Assembly: GCA_032718475.1 (NCBI GenBank)
Contig: JAUCBJ010000613.1
Coordinates: 1 to 39,084 of the forward strand
DNA from: Nemertoderma westbladi
Lineage: Eukaryota > Animalia > Xenacoelomorpha
Direction of reading: 5' to 3'
DNA: 39,084 nt
Below, in pieces: positions 1-11,154 of this stretch (position 1 is its first letter; each line of letters opens with the position of its first letter). A program made the translations under genes and the position numbers. Below the pieces are notes generated by a model. It searched no databases and was not told where the DNA came from. It was given only the letters and a program-made list of their open reading frames with translations.

Positions 1-421
1 GAAGAGCAAGTCGTTTCCAAGGTCTACCCAGAGCTTGGTTTAGCCGAGACACGAGGATCTGAACTTTGCATTCCTATTACTCTGCCTACCAATAATACTT
101 GAATATAGTAGTGGCTTTATTGTACTTTACTAAGTACGGACATTTCATCTTACTGTAGTCACGTATTTACAATATGATACGGACAGTAAGGAAAGAGAAA
201 AAATAATTATTTCTCGCCGTCGCACTAAATATATTATAAGTAATTACGTACGTAATAAACACTAATATATTGCACTAATCTACTAAATAATCACTAAAAT
301 AACATTCTACTAAATAAAATTAAAGAAAACGATTATAATAAAATTACATAATAATACATACATAAATATAAAATAAAAACAAATATAAAATGATATAGTC
401 ACACGCCCACTCCATATGTTA

Positions 422-3400
422 TTACGTTATGGAGTCCCTAGATATTTGTCGGATTAGGGAAGTGGTCGTAGGAAGAGTATCTTGCCTTCCATAGTTTCCG
501 GACAGTTTTCGGTCTCTTTCCAGTAAACATAAACGACCAGCTGGGCGATTGAGTTGTTGTGTTACTTTCTCCGCTCCCTTGGCCTGTCTAATCTCCGCCG
601 TGGTAAGATGAGGAGGCCATTCTTCTTCTTCTTTACTTAAGAAGTCGGATCCACCTAACCAGCCTGGAGTATCTATCAGTTCTTGAGGAGTTGCTCCTCT
701 GGAAGCGATGTCGGCTGGATTAATCGTCCCAAGGCAATGTCTCCATTGATCTACATTGGAGTTAATATCGTCATTATCTGAGGAGTATGGTGTTCCCTCA
801 GTTGGATCGTCCACATCACTGCTCTCCACTTCCCATTCCTTTACTTGGTATACCTGTTGTTGAGGTAATCTCTCTTTGAGAGTTCTACGGGAAGGGCCAG
901 TGAAGTACCAACCTACTCTAGTTCTTACCGCATAGGTTTGTAGTGGCTGCGGTTGAGCAGGCCGTTTCTCCAATGTCTCGAGCGCCTCATGCGCGTTTTG
1001 GCCGATGAGTATTTGCACTCCAGGATAATCTGTCTGGAATCGAGGTATCTTAAGATGTTGGATGCTCTCATCCTCGTCCCAATTATAAAGGTCTGCTTGG
1101 GTAGTAGCGAAGTTCTTTATAGCCACCATTTTTACTGACCTTATACTTTGTGCTCCTAATTTATCCTGGGGGGTGGACAACGCACCTACATAGTAATCTG
1201 CCGTTAGGGTAGATTTCCAAACCTGCATAATTCCTGACATATTCAATTTAGTCCGGAACTTGGGTTGTCCAGCAAAGATATCTTCGGCTAGTTCTTGATC
1301 GATGAATGTTCCTGTGCTGCCGGAGTCAAGGAGGGCGTTCACTATGTAACTTTTGTTAAGACCGTGAACTCTTACCTGCACTACAGGAAATTCTCTGATT
1401 CCTACGTTGGAAGTTGGAGCTTTCCAAGATGGTTGTTTGGCAAAAGTAGTTGGGGGAAACTCATTGTTGGTGTCCTTTTCATAAGTAAGTGCTCGATACA
1501 CTGCGGTATTGATTAGATAACAGGATTCGTTGGCGTCGGAGAATTCGTCAGTATAGAATCCTTCCATCTCAGATTCTTGATCAGTGTCGTTTACATCACT
1601 GAATTGGACATGTAGTTCGGGCTCACTTACCTGACTCAGTTTGTCTCGTTCGAACTCACTGTGTAACAAGATGTGATGTTTCGCGCCACACTTTGCACAC
1701 TTTATGTCGGAGTAACAGGTTCGCCGTTGGTGTCCTGATCTGAGGCAATTATAGCATAACCGCTTATTCCACAGGACTGTACGTCTGTCTACAAGGGATT
1801 TCTTTAGAAATTCAGCACACGCACTCAAACGGTGGGGCCCGTCGCACAGCGCACATTTTGGTTTGATGTTACTCACCTTAACTTGGTTAACGTTCTGCAC
1901 TCTCGTTCTTTCTTCGGGCTTTCTTCCGTGAATTCTCTTAGGAGACGTAGGAGGAATTGTTATTACCTGTTCTCTCCTGTCACTGGTTCGAGACTTGTAT
2001 TTACTTACGTCTTTATAGGTCTTGTTGTCATAGTAAGATTTTGCTGTGTCTTTCCCGCTGTCCTCTTCTTGAGAAGCTTGGCTTTCGCCGTCGTCAGTAT
2101 AACACACTGGTATTATCCTTCTCCTAGAAACGGGTTTCTCACTTACCTTATTTTCCGATGTTTTCTCTCTGGACTGCCTTATGAGTTGTAATTTTACTTC
2201 ACTATCTAAGAAGGACATGAGATCAGCCATGGTAGGGCTTCGGCGTTGTTGTTCATTCATGTACAACACTTTCTTGTCCCAGCGCGTACATACTCCACCC
2301 TTTGGTAAAGTAGAGACTACGGCTCCAATGACCATGGAACTCTGATATTCATGCGACTTACCTAACCAGTCCAGTTGTCTACAGATCTCTTGAATTTCAT
2401 CGGAAAACTCTATAATCCCGCTACTAAGGAAGTGTCGGGGGGCTACTAATTTTGCATACAAATACTTAGCTATGTTATCCTTGTTACCATACCTGATGTT
2501 TAATGTATCCCAAACTTGTCTTAATCCATCTGGATGTCCAATAAACTTTAACGCCATTAACTTGGGAGGTCCTTCCAAGCACTTGATGAGGAATCTAAGT
2601 TTCTCTCCGTTAGATAGTACAGAGTTCTGTATGCTATCTTTGTAATATTCGTTGAAAGGTAACCATTTCATCTCATCTCCATTGAATTTGACGATCTCTC
2701 CCACTTTGACCGCTTGGCGGGCTTCTGTTCTAGCCATCTGACGCGTAAAGCTTTCTTGGGCCATCGTGTTATTTAATATCGAATTATCGGTATATAAAGT
2801 TCTCGGATCATTATCAGGTCTATAGGGAATATCATTAATAACAGGTCTATAATCACCCTTAATAGGGTTTGCTATAGGAGTTTCAACTTCACTAGCAGTA
2901 TAGATGCGTGTAGGCTCCACACCTTGCGCATGTAATACTTCAGACCTAACAGCTTGACACAATGTTACAGGGGGTATTGGTATGCCCTTTTGGATATTGA
3001 CTAATTTGTCGCGTTCTAGTGCGATACTTTGCTGCACTTCTTGCAACTCTGCTCTACCTTCCCTCACTGTTCCCTTAAGTTGGTGGACAGTCTCCTGCAT
3101 CTGTCCTAGCAGGAGATTCATCCCCCGCCGTCCCTCTTCTACCCACTCAACCGCCGAAGCGGGAGTCGCCAACATAGTAGCGGGCTGACGCGGGACGACG
3201 GGAGACAAATCTTTGATTTCTCTCTCTGCTATCCGGACAGGGATATTCTCTTGGACTGTTCTACCGGGTACAGGCAGTGTAGTACTATGTAAAGGGAATT
3301 TAGAGTTAAGCTCTGGAAGTACAGGGGTCTCTAATACAGGGGTGACTTTGGGAACGACAGGCCTAATTATTTCAGGCACATCAACTATAGTAGGGAGTCT

Positions 3401-3982
3401 TTTGACCTTAATAATTTGGTCTGTAGGTTCTATACTACTCAAGTCTGTGCTAGCTAGTTGTCTTCTAACAGCTGGGGGCAAATCAGGCAATTTGTGACGG
3501 TAAGATGTTTTTCTACGCCTACTTAGATGAGATCTATTTCCTCCGCCTTCAGGATCGGTGGTCTCGCCTTCCTCCGAGGATGTGTATCCCTGGCGCTTGG
3601 GAGTAGATTTTCTCATCATCTGCATTTGATTAGCAGTAAACTGTTTATTTATACTGTCTTGTGTCTCTTGCAGATTTTCCAACTCCAGTTGGGTAGTCTG
3701 CTCAGAGGCTCTCCGTTCTGCTTCTGCCACTGCCTTTGCTGCTTTTCTTTCTGCTTCTGCATCTGCCGCCGCTGCCTTTCTTTCTACTTCTGCTTCTGCC
3801 ATAGCCGCCGCCTTTTGTTCCTCTATCCGTCTTTTATTTATTTGTTCTTCTCGGACTCTAATGAGGCGGAGTTTTTCATCACATTCAGCTTGGTTTGCAG
3901 CTAACATTTCGGCATCGATTGAGTCCAACACAAGCTTGGTTCCTTCACTATTAGGGGAAAGTCCAGACAGCCGTCTCCTCAA
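422..3982 (-). CDS. BEL/Pao Gag-protease polyprotein fused in frame to a C-terminal RNase H remnant (no RT, no integrase in this ORF)
   Basis: N-terminal coiled coil. DUF1759-like capsid region (KFNGDEMKWLPF...LSNGEKLRFLIKCLEG). Three Zn knuckles (CALCDGPHRLSAC, CYNCLRSGHQRRTC, CAKCGAKHHILLH). Aspartic protease ALLDSGSTGTFI...ILIGQN...RTRVGWYFTGP. The Pao RNase H end motif WRHCLGTINPADIASRG...W..G..FL..EEEEWP follows ~50 residues later. Confidence 0.9.
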   Translation of the reverse strand: MRRRLSGLSPNSEGTKLVLDSIDAEMLAANQAECDEKLRLIRVREEQINKRRIEEQKAAAMAEAEVERKAAAADAEAERKAAKAVAEAERRASEQTTQLELENLQETQDSINKQFTANQMQMMRKSTPKRQGYTSSEEGETTDPEGGGNRSHLSRRRKTSYRHKLPDLPPAVRRQLASTDLSSIEPTDQIIKVKRLPTIVDVPEIIRPVVPKVTPVLETPVLPELNSKFPLHSTTLPVPGRTVQENIPVRIAEREIKDLSPVVPRQPATMLATPASAVEWVEEGRRGMNLLLGQMQETVHQLKGTVREGRAELQEVQQSIALERDKLVNIQKGIPIPPVTLCQAVRSEVLHAQGVEPTRIYTASEVETPIANPIKGDYRPVINDIPYRPDNDPRTLYTDNSILNNTMAQESFTRQMARTEARQAVKVGEIVKFNGDEMKWLPFNEYYKDSIQNSVLSNGEKLRFLIKCLEGPPKLMALKFIGHPDGLRQVWDTLNIRYGNKDNIAKYLYAKLVAPRHFLSSGIIEFSDEIQEICRQLDWLGKSHEYQSSMVIGAVVSTLPKGGVCTRWDKKVLYMNEQQRRSPTMADLMSFLDSEVKLQLIRQSREKTSENKVSEKPVSRRRIIPVCYTDDGESQASQEEDSGKDTAKSYYDNKTYKDVSKYKSRTSDRREQVITIPPTSPKRIHGRKPEERTRVQNVNQVKVSNIKPKCALCDGPHRLSACAEFLKKSLVDRRTVLWNKRLCYNCLRSGHQRRTCYSDIKCAKCGAKHHILLHSEFERDKLSQVSEPELHVQFSDVNDTDQESEMEGFYTDEFSDANESCYLINTAVYRALTYEKDTNNEFPPTTFAKQPSWKAPTSNVGIREFPVVQVRVHGLNKSYIVNALLDSGSTGTFIDQELAEDIFAGQPKFRTKLNMSGIMQVWKSTLTADYYVGALSTPQDKLGAQSIRSVKMVAIKNFATTQADLYNWDEDESIQHLKIPRFQTDYPGVQILIGQNAHEALETLEKRPAQPQPLQTYAVRTRVGWYFTGPSRRTLKERLPQQQVYQVKEWEVESSDVDDPTEGTPYSSDNDDINSNVDQWRHCLGTINPADIASRGATPQELIDTPGWLGGSDFLSKEEEEWPPHLTTAEIRQAKGAEKVTQQLNRPAGRLCLLERDRKLSGNYGRQDTLPTTTSLIRQISRDSIT

Positions 3983-4566
3983 CTCTTCGTCTCCTAGGAA
4001 TCACTGATAGTCGGACAAATAAATGTCGATAGCGTCTCTAGTTCGCGGCTTCTCTGCTGATGTTAATTCGCTTTCCACTTCGCTTTCCACCTCGCTTTCC
4101 ACTTCGCTTTCCCCCTCACTTTCCACTTCGCTTTCCACCTCACTTTCCACTTGAGAAGAAGTGGCGTCGGTTGATTCTTCATAGGTTGGCCGCTCATCAT
4201 AAACCGTATCCGCCATCTTCGCTCCGCGTTCGGGCGTCCGCTCAACAGTATCCGAACTACTGGAGCTATCGGGCTGCTGAGAACTAGGTTCTTGGCTAGG
4301 ATGTTGCTGCTGTTTTATAGCTTCTTCTTGATCCCGCTTGACTTGGGGGCCCGAGTGCCTATGGCAGACCAACGGCGCTTCACTAACTTCGCAAATTGCG
4401 AAATCTTTTCTACCAACCTAGGTTCTGACACAACCACTGCAGGGGTTGCCCTTCTTACCGTATGAGGGGTTTCAGACCTCGGTCTGGGATTCTCTACACT
4501 TTGATCTGAGAAACAGGCTGTTGTTTCTAGGAGACTATCTGACAGAGTTTGCCTTGTGTCAGCCAT
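3983..4566 (-). pseudogene. Disrupted N-terminal part of copy A gag (true start probably ATG 4566)
   Basis: ORF 4001-4372 is in frame with 422-3982, separated only by one TGA (4001-4003; YQ*FLGDEELRRRL). ORF 4315-4566 overlaps it in another frame, implying a frameshift. Its start MADTRQTLSDSLL aligns with copy B ISDTKRALSDSLL at 18235. Confidence 0.75.
4067..4152 (-). repeat. 12-bp coding tandem repeat, (ESEV)x~7, in the gag N-terminus
   Basis: Units TTCGCTTTCCAC/CTCGCTTTCCAC on the plus strand; translation VESEVESEVESEGESEVESEVESEVESE. Confidence 0.9.
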
Positions 4567-4679
4567 GTTTGATTGTACAGTTGAATGTCTACTGCTATAT
4601 TACAGTTAAAGCAAGTCTAGTAATTCAGTATCACTGTTAGCCTAATAATTAATTACCGATACTGCTACTCAGTGTAGCG

Positions 4680-4950
4680 TGATATATATATAATATATTA
4701 GAATACCGGTATGCTTATAATATATATATAAGTATTATTACAGACTAGATTTGTCACAGAGTACCGGTATATAATTTTAGCACAAATATATATAAATATA
4801 TAATAGGCCTATCGTGAATACCGGTATACAGCTGACACTTATAGTATATATAAGTATAATTATTACTAGAATTAATTACAGAATACCGGTATGATTTCAG
4901 CTCAAATTTATAGAAATAAATATAATAAGCCTATGGTAAATACTGGTATG
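4680..4950. repeat. Degenerate ~60-bp AT-rich repeat centred on TACCGGTA in the copy A leader (counterpart ~17900-18110 in copy B)
   Basis: TACCGGTA at ~4704, 4762, 4819 and 4884, with variant TACTGGTA at 4941. Confidence 0.7.
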
Positions 4951-5899
4951 TCAATTATTTTAGAATAATTGAATTTCTGAATATTTTAGGGTTACTTGGT
5001 TACTTTAACTTACTTTGTTACCGTTATTTAAGCATTAGTTCAACTGATATTGAGACCTAGTTATTGTATGGCAGGCCTACTATTTATAAATCGTTTGAGT
5101 TGATTTATAATAGATATATACCCGTTTAAAAGGGGTTTGTCAATATTTGAAATAAATGTTATTATTTCTGGGTGGTCACTACACAGAAGCTGTGCGCTCT
5201 CAGTGAAGTGCTATTTATTGGACACTAAAACAGATAATTCTAATTTACCTAAGTTACTTAATACTACAAATTACGTACGATACGGGTGAGATTAATTCTC
5301 TAATTAAACACAACAAAAATATTACGTACGAATTTTTAGGGTAATTTTACAGGAAGTCTACAAACCAGTCTAACAAAGGGTTAGAATCCGGTTTATTACA
5401 ACGGACAGGGTACTACGGTATTTGAAATAATAAGTAGTAGTAAATACACTGCGTTGTCCAGATAGGAAAATACCACCGCCTGACGACCTATAACCGTATC
5501 GCTATAGGTACTACGTTATGTATCACGGATTGTTCCTACCTAGAAGTTAATTACCGCGGACTACCAGATCCAGCGTGCCTATTAACCACTTTACAACACA
5601 AATATACTGCCTACACACTAATTACTTCGGAAAGCACTGTATACTAAACCCTAAATTAGGTACAAGTACTGGTATAACAAATAATCAGCAGTTAAATATA
5701 CTTGAACTGTTAAAAGAACCACGGCATCTGCTGGAGTGACCAGAGCACAAAGTCACCAGTCTTGTCCTACGCCAAGCAGCCCGTGTAGTACCGGGGTTAA
5801 TTTAACTATAACGGTATGTGTAACAAACACAATTACTGTAGGAATAAACTTGGGGACATGAATGTTGCGAATAATCGCATAAACTCTGAATAATAAATA

Positions 5900-6470
5900 T
5901 TACGCTACCCGTACAGAATACTCAAACAAAATACAAACCAAACGCTGGCAGACTACCACCAAGCCTAAATAAACTACCGTACGTGTAGATTCTGAAATGG
6001 TTAGTTAGTATGCGTTCTAACACGGTAGTACGACTTATTTTTTAAGAGGGGATTGACCTTACAGCATATGGCTGCCCCAACTTACTAACGGCACTTTATC
6101 AGACAAACTCCACACACACAGCAATCTCTTCAGACCTAATAATAGCTAGACAACAATCCAGCCTACAAAATATCTGAGTAATAACTATAACAGTACCTGA
6201 ACAGACCACACAAACAAACACAGGCTAAAACGCTGGCAGACTACGATCAAGCCTAAATAAACTACAGTATATGCAGATTCTGAAATAGTTAGTTAGTATG
6301 CGTTCTAACACGGTAGTACGACTTATTCTTTAAGAGGGGATTGACCTTACAGCATATGGCTGCCCCAACTTACTAACGGCACTTTATCAGACAAACTCTA
6401 CACACGCCGTAATCTCTCCAAACCCAACAACAGTCAGACAGCAGCTCAGCCTACAATTATCTGAACAATC
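5900..6470. repeat. ~288-bp tandem duplication in the copy A leader
   Basis: AACGCTGGCAGACTAC at 5941 and 6229; GTTAGTATGCGTTCTAACACGG at ~6004 and ~6292. Confidence 0.85.
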
Positions 6471-6740
6471 TGAGCAGACTTACACGTCTTCAGCTCAATA
6501 TTAACTTACTAGGAAATAAAACCGACAGAAATAGGTAAAATCCCAATAAAAACCAGGGCTGCAGTCCCTGATTAAATACTAAGACCTACCGGTATACAAT
6601 AATCAAAATCGAATAATACTAATGTACTTATACTGGAAGTACCGGTTAGGACAGTTGGGCCTACAGACCTACAGAAGTACCGGTTCAGGTTTACCGGTTG
6701 ACCGGTACTTTCAACTTTATTGCTTACTGCAATAAAGTCA

Positions 6741-6751
6741 ATGACTGTTAT
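6741..6751 (-). promoter_or_regulatory. Primer-binding-site position of copy A (ATAACAGTCAT), complementary to LTR segment 7524-7534
   Basis: Directly follows the LTR end ...GCGCGTACA (6752) on the minus strand. No TGG. Exact 11-nt complement within the LTR. Confidence 0.8.
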
Positions 6752-7603
6752 TGTACGCGCTTTTGAAGACCTTTAGCAGTTTAACCTGCCAAAATTTATA
6801 TGTCTTTTGATTTATAAATATACTTTAGAAGATGACAAATATTTAATACCAATAAACACAACATTAGCAGAAGCCAGCCTAGTGCGCGTCCATTCACCCG
6901 CTGGATAATCCCGGGAGGCTGGATTCTGTCGGCTTAGATTATTATTGCAGTGAAGCTTACGGTATTGTATTATTCGATTGATCGTTAATAATTAATTTCT
7001 GACTAATATTATTCACTTTCGGGAAATATTAACAGTTCCTTTTAGGACGTGGCGCTCTATCTAAGTAAACAGAGATATGACTTATACTAATCACAACGGT
7101 AAGTCGGTAAGGCTTATGATTCACGTATGAGGCGCATTCTTTAGGAAATGCTTAGTTATCAGCCACAATCATGCACACTACCGGTAACGCACAATACTGC
7201 TCACTAATTTGAAGACCGTCAATGAATTTTATCATATATAAAGAGAATAGCAACGGACTCATGTAGGGCTTATCAAATAGCATTAAATTCAATACACACC
7301 ACAATAATATAAGTCGCAATCGCTATATATATAACCCGCCTCTCTAACCTGTAGTGTATCAAGAAAATTGGGAAATTTGGGTTCTTTATAAATGTTCTCC
7401 AAATAATATTCAATCCACTGATATAAGATATGACAACAGTAAAAACATTAAGACGGTAGGTTAAGATATGATATGAACAGATATGTACAGCGATATGCAC
7501 TGATATGGACCGATATGTGCCCGATAACAGTCATACGCTCTATAATCTTAAGCCTACTAATGTTTCTTTCTAGAGCCGTTGTTTCTGGCTTAGACAGCAA
7601 TAA
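6752..7603 (-). repeat. 5' LTR of copy A, distal (R/U5-side) part
   Basis: Reverse-complement homology to ~15255-16091 (e.g. GAGCGCCACGTCCTAAA, ATATTTCCCGAAAGTGAATA, CCAGCGGGTGAATGG); ends in CA. Confidence 0.85.
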
Positions 7604-10089
7604 CACGTTCGTGGGGACTTCGCGCAGCACGAGGCCTATTTATTATATACAAATTAAAATGCAGCGACTGTATCACAAAATCAGGTTTTGAGAAATTTAC
7701 CCACACCACCAATCAATCAAAGAAAGGTGGAAAGTACGTGTTCACCCCTTTTAATCTCCCCCCCCCCCCCCCCCCCACCCTTCCCAACCACCAATACATA
7801 ACCGCGACATCTACCACCCACGGAAGGGTAGCACGAACTTATTTCCAATCGCACGTTAAATATGCAAAGCCAGGTGGTTTATAGGAATATAATAAACGCA
7901 GTACTCGTTTTCATTATAAGCCTCTTTGCGTTCGTCCTGTTTTGTATTTAAATATATTTCTTAAACGCAGGCTAGGACGATCTTTATAATAATAATAACT
8001 AGGGATGCGATCAATATGTGAAGCCAGGTGGTTTATATAATAATTTAGTCAACGCAGTACTCGTCTTCATTATATGCCTCGTTGCGCTCGTCGCTTGTCC
8101 TGTTTTGTCATAAAATATTTTTCCTAAACGCAGACTGACGATCTTTATACAGTTATAACTATGCGAAGTTTCGAAACTGTGCGAGTAACTGTTGATACAT
8201 CTATGTGGAGATGTGTGATATGTGGAGATGTGTGATACAACGCCAACGCATCTTATGCCGATGTAGTAATATGGGTATTGAAATAATATTAAATCAATGT
8301 ACACTCTTAAAGCTGCAGCGAAAAAATGTAGCTAATTTCCTAGGTTACATATAAAATAATAATATTATTTTTAAGAACATTAATTTTACTACTTTGCAAA
8401 AATTCAATTAAAAAATAACCAGACATATACATTGTGGAATAAACTATTTCAGAAGCCTACAACAGCCATGCCATGGATTGTATTTATGTTATTATATCTG
8501 TCATTTAACTGAGATAGCAATAGTAGTAATAGTCGAACGGTTATGCGGCCCGTCCAGCCTATAATAAACACAATTCAGTGATTGGGCTGGAATAGCAATA
8601 CTGGTTGCCTCTATTACAATTCCTCTCAGGTTAGTCTACAGCCACAACTCCCAGCAGCTAGCTCCACACCAGCAGAGACTTGACCAATAATGGGAAGGAT
8701 TAAATTTGTACTCAATAATTGTGCGGTTTAATTACGTTTAGATCAATTAAAGACACATTTATTAAAGCAAACCACTCAAACCAACCAAAAACCACAACAC
8801 AATTCCCACCCCCATACATACCGGATCTAACCCGGAAGTAGAACTTATTTCAATACGTATATGAGCTGTATAGGAATTAATCTCCGTATAAATACAGTGT
8901 TGAAGTAATGAATGTTTTCAAATCAATTTATTTAATAACTTAACTGCCTCTTAAACTTAGCATTTAAAATGGCCACACGAAATTCCACTTAAAAAATTAT
9001 GCTAATATTTTGAGAAACAACATGTGTACCAAGCCTTCTGCATGGAATTTCATTGCGAAACATTTGCAGACGTTATTACCGAGACAAATTGAACACAGAC
9101 TTTAGTAGTGTAATAGAAGATAGGGAATGACAGTTTCAATTCGACAGCGACAGAACGACAGAACGACACGTTCGTGGGGCCTTCGCGCAGCACGAGGTCC
9201 AGTTATGAGATACAAATTAAAATTAAGCGACTGTATCACAAAATCAGGTTTTGAGAAATTTACCCACACCACCAATCAATCAAAGAAAGGGGGACAGTAC
9301 GTGTTCACCCCTTTTAATCCCCCCCCCCCCCCCACCCTTCTCAACCACCAATACATAACCGTGACATCTACCACCCACGGAAGGGTAGAACGAACTTATT
9401 TCCAATCGCACGTTAAATATGCAAAGCCAGGTGGTGTATATGAATATAATCAACGCCGTACTCGTCTTAATTATTATAAGCGTCGTTCAATCGTTGCGCT
9501 CGTCCAGAGTAAGTCCCCCCCCCCCCCCCCCCCCCCCCCTATCAGAAAGATTTACTCAACAAAAAATAGTGTAAATAAATAAACAACTACAAGGATAAGA
9601 GGTCATGTGTAGGAAAGCTAATCAGACGATACCTTTACTAATATATTGAGCTGCATTGATCTATACATAGTAATGTTGGGTGATGGGGGGGGGGGGGGGG
9701 GGGGGGGGGGGTGAGGGGTAGGGGGTGTCTGGGTGGGTTGTTAGTATTAGGGTGCACAATATCGACGCACGCGCAGGAATGTGTTGATGTTTAATAGCAC
9801 CGCATTCCCGCGTTAGAAAGCATCCCCAATTGGAATAAATAAATAAATTAAACGCGTTTCGTTATGTTCCTCGACTTATATTATTCTCTCCACGGACGAG
9901 TTATTAGCTGCTAGACAGGTAGACCTAGTCCCCCACAACAACGGTCATACCTTCAATCAATCAATCAATTGAGCTCATATGAGCTCGTATATTAGTTTTA
10001 TTTATAAATTGAAATCTCACGAATTAATAGGCCTATTAGCTGATTAGTGAACTATCATATGTTAGACCATATATATATATTATATATTG

Positions 10090-10450
10090 GACCTTATCAA
10101 AATAGCGGTTGTACTGGGGCGGTATATGTTGTTCTCTAACCCACTGCAAGCGCATTTGAGGGGCCGGTATGTTTTAATAACTTCTGGTACAACGGGATGC
10201 AGTATTACAGCGCCAAGTAGATTTAATCTGATCAGAATATTCCGGACGCTAAGTTCATGTCATTCCCGATAAGTCGGGACTTTACAAAACTCGTGGATAA
10301 AACCGCGTGTAGCAGAGAGCAGATAAATTGGGTTGAATTGCAAAACAGAATAATATGGAACTGTAAGTGGAACTGCGGCGATTTGGGTTTTTTTGTTATG
10401 GTGAATAGTCAGCCTGTCCGCGATATGTTCAGCTGCCCTTTTTAATGGGT
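10090..10450 (-). pseudogene. Degenerate Penelope-like retroelement fragment (RT-to-GIY-YIG linker)
   Basis: Broken frames read LKRAAEH...KKTQIAAVPLTVPYYSVL...PTYRE*HELSVRNILIRLNL, then RCNTASRC, then KTY...CSGLENNIYR. This resembles the PLVxxY..NLRxILVR..C..RC..NVIY order of Penelope elements. Motif recognition by eye only. Confidence 0.5.
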
Positions 10451-11154
10451 TGCAGGTACAAATGAAATACACATTGCAGTTACTAAAATAAAAGTGGCGC
10501 ATATTATTGTACATTTACAACAACAATTATATAAATGCAATATGCCTGATCCCTATTAATGTACTTTGTACCGCCAATTCTGTAATTCAATAACGCAAAG
10601 CCGCGTTTACTGTACAGCAGCACGTAATATATTTGATACTTATTATACTAACTAAACTAACAAACCGCAAGGCCTACTTACCGAAATAAATTAACTTTCA
10701 GTTAAATACAATATACTTGTTTGCTCTGTAAAAATTTTAATTAAAAACAATCCTGCCATTTAATATACCTAATTAGCATGGTTGCGTAAGCAGTATGAAT
10801 TGGAATGAAATTGTGAAATAATTTATTTAAACTATTATGTACATTTAGATTAAATAATAATACAGTAAGTTGGCCTACAGAAATAAACATTGATATTCGG
10901 AACAGTAAAACAATTATTTATTTCATTCATTCAACTAACCAGAGAGACTCATAGCTCCAGTGAATATTAACATCCCGACGTTACTTTAGTAATAATATTA
11001 ATGTCATTGAACCCGATACACACACACATCCAATCAGCCAGTTCAATGGAGAGTGAGTGAATGGATGGCTACTAGCAGCAGCAGCAGTCTGCCTCTTACA
11101 AGCAAGGCTGACTGAATACCTCAAGTGTTGCTGGGAATCAAGCCAACTTGGATG

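Noticed and set aside
953-4287. Several plus-strand ORFs opposite copy A gag, and minus-strand ones opposite copy B gag and DHPS
   Set aside because: They are antisense shadows of real coding frames with no recognisable motifs.
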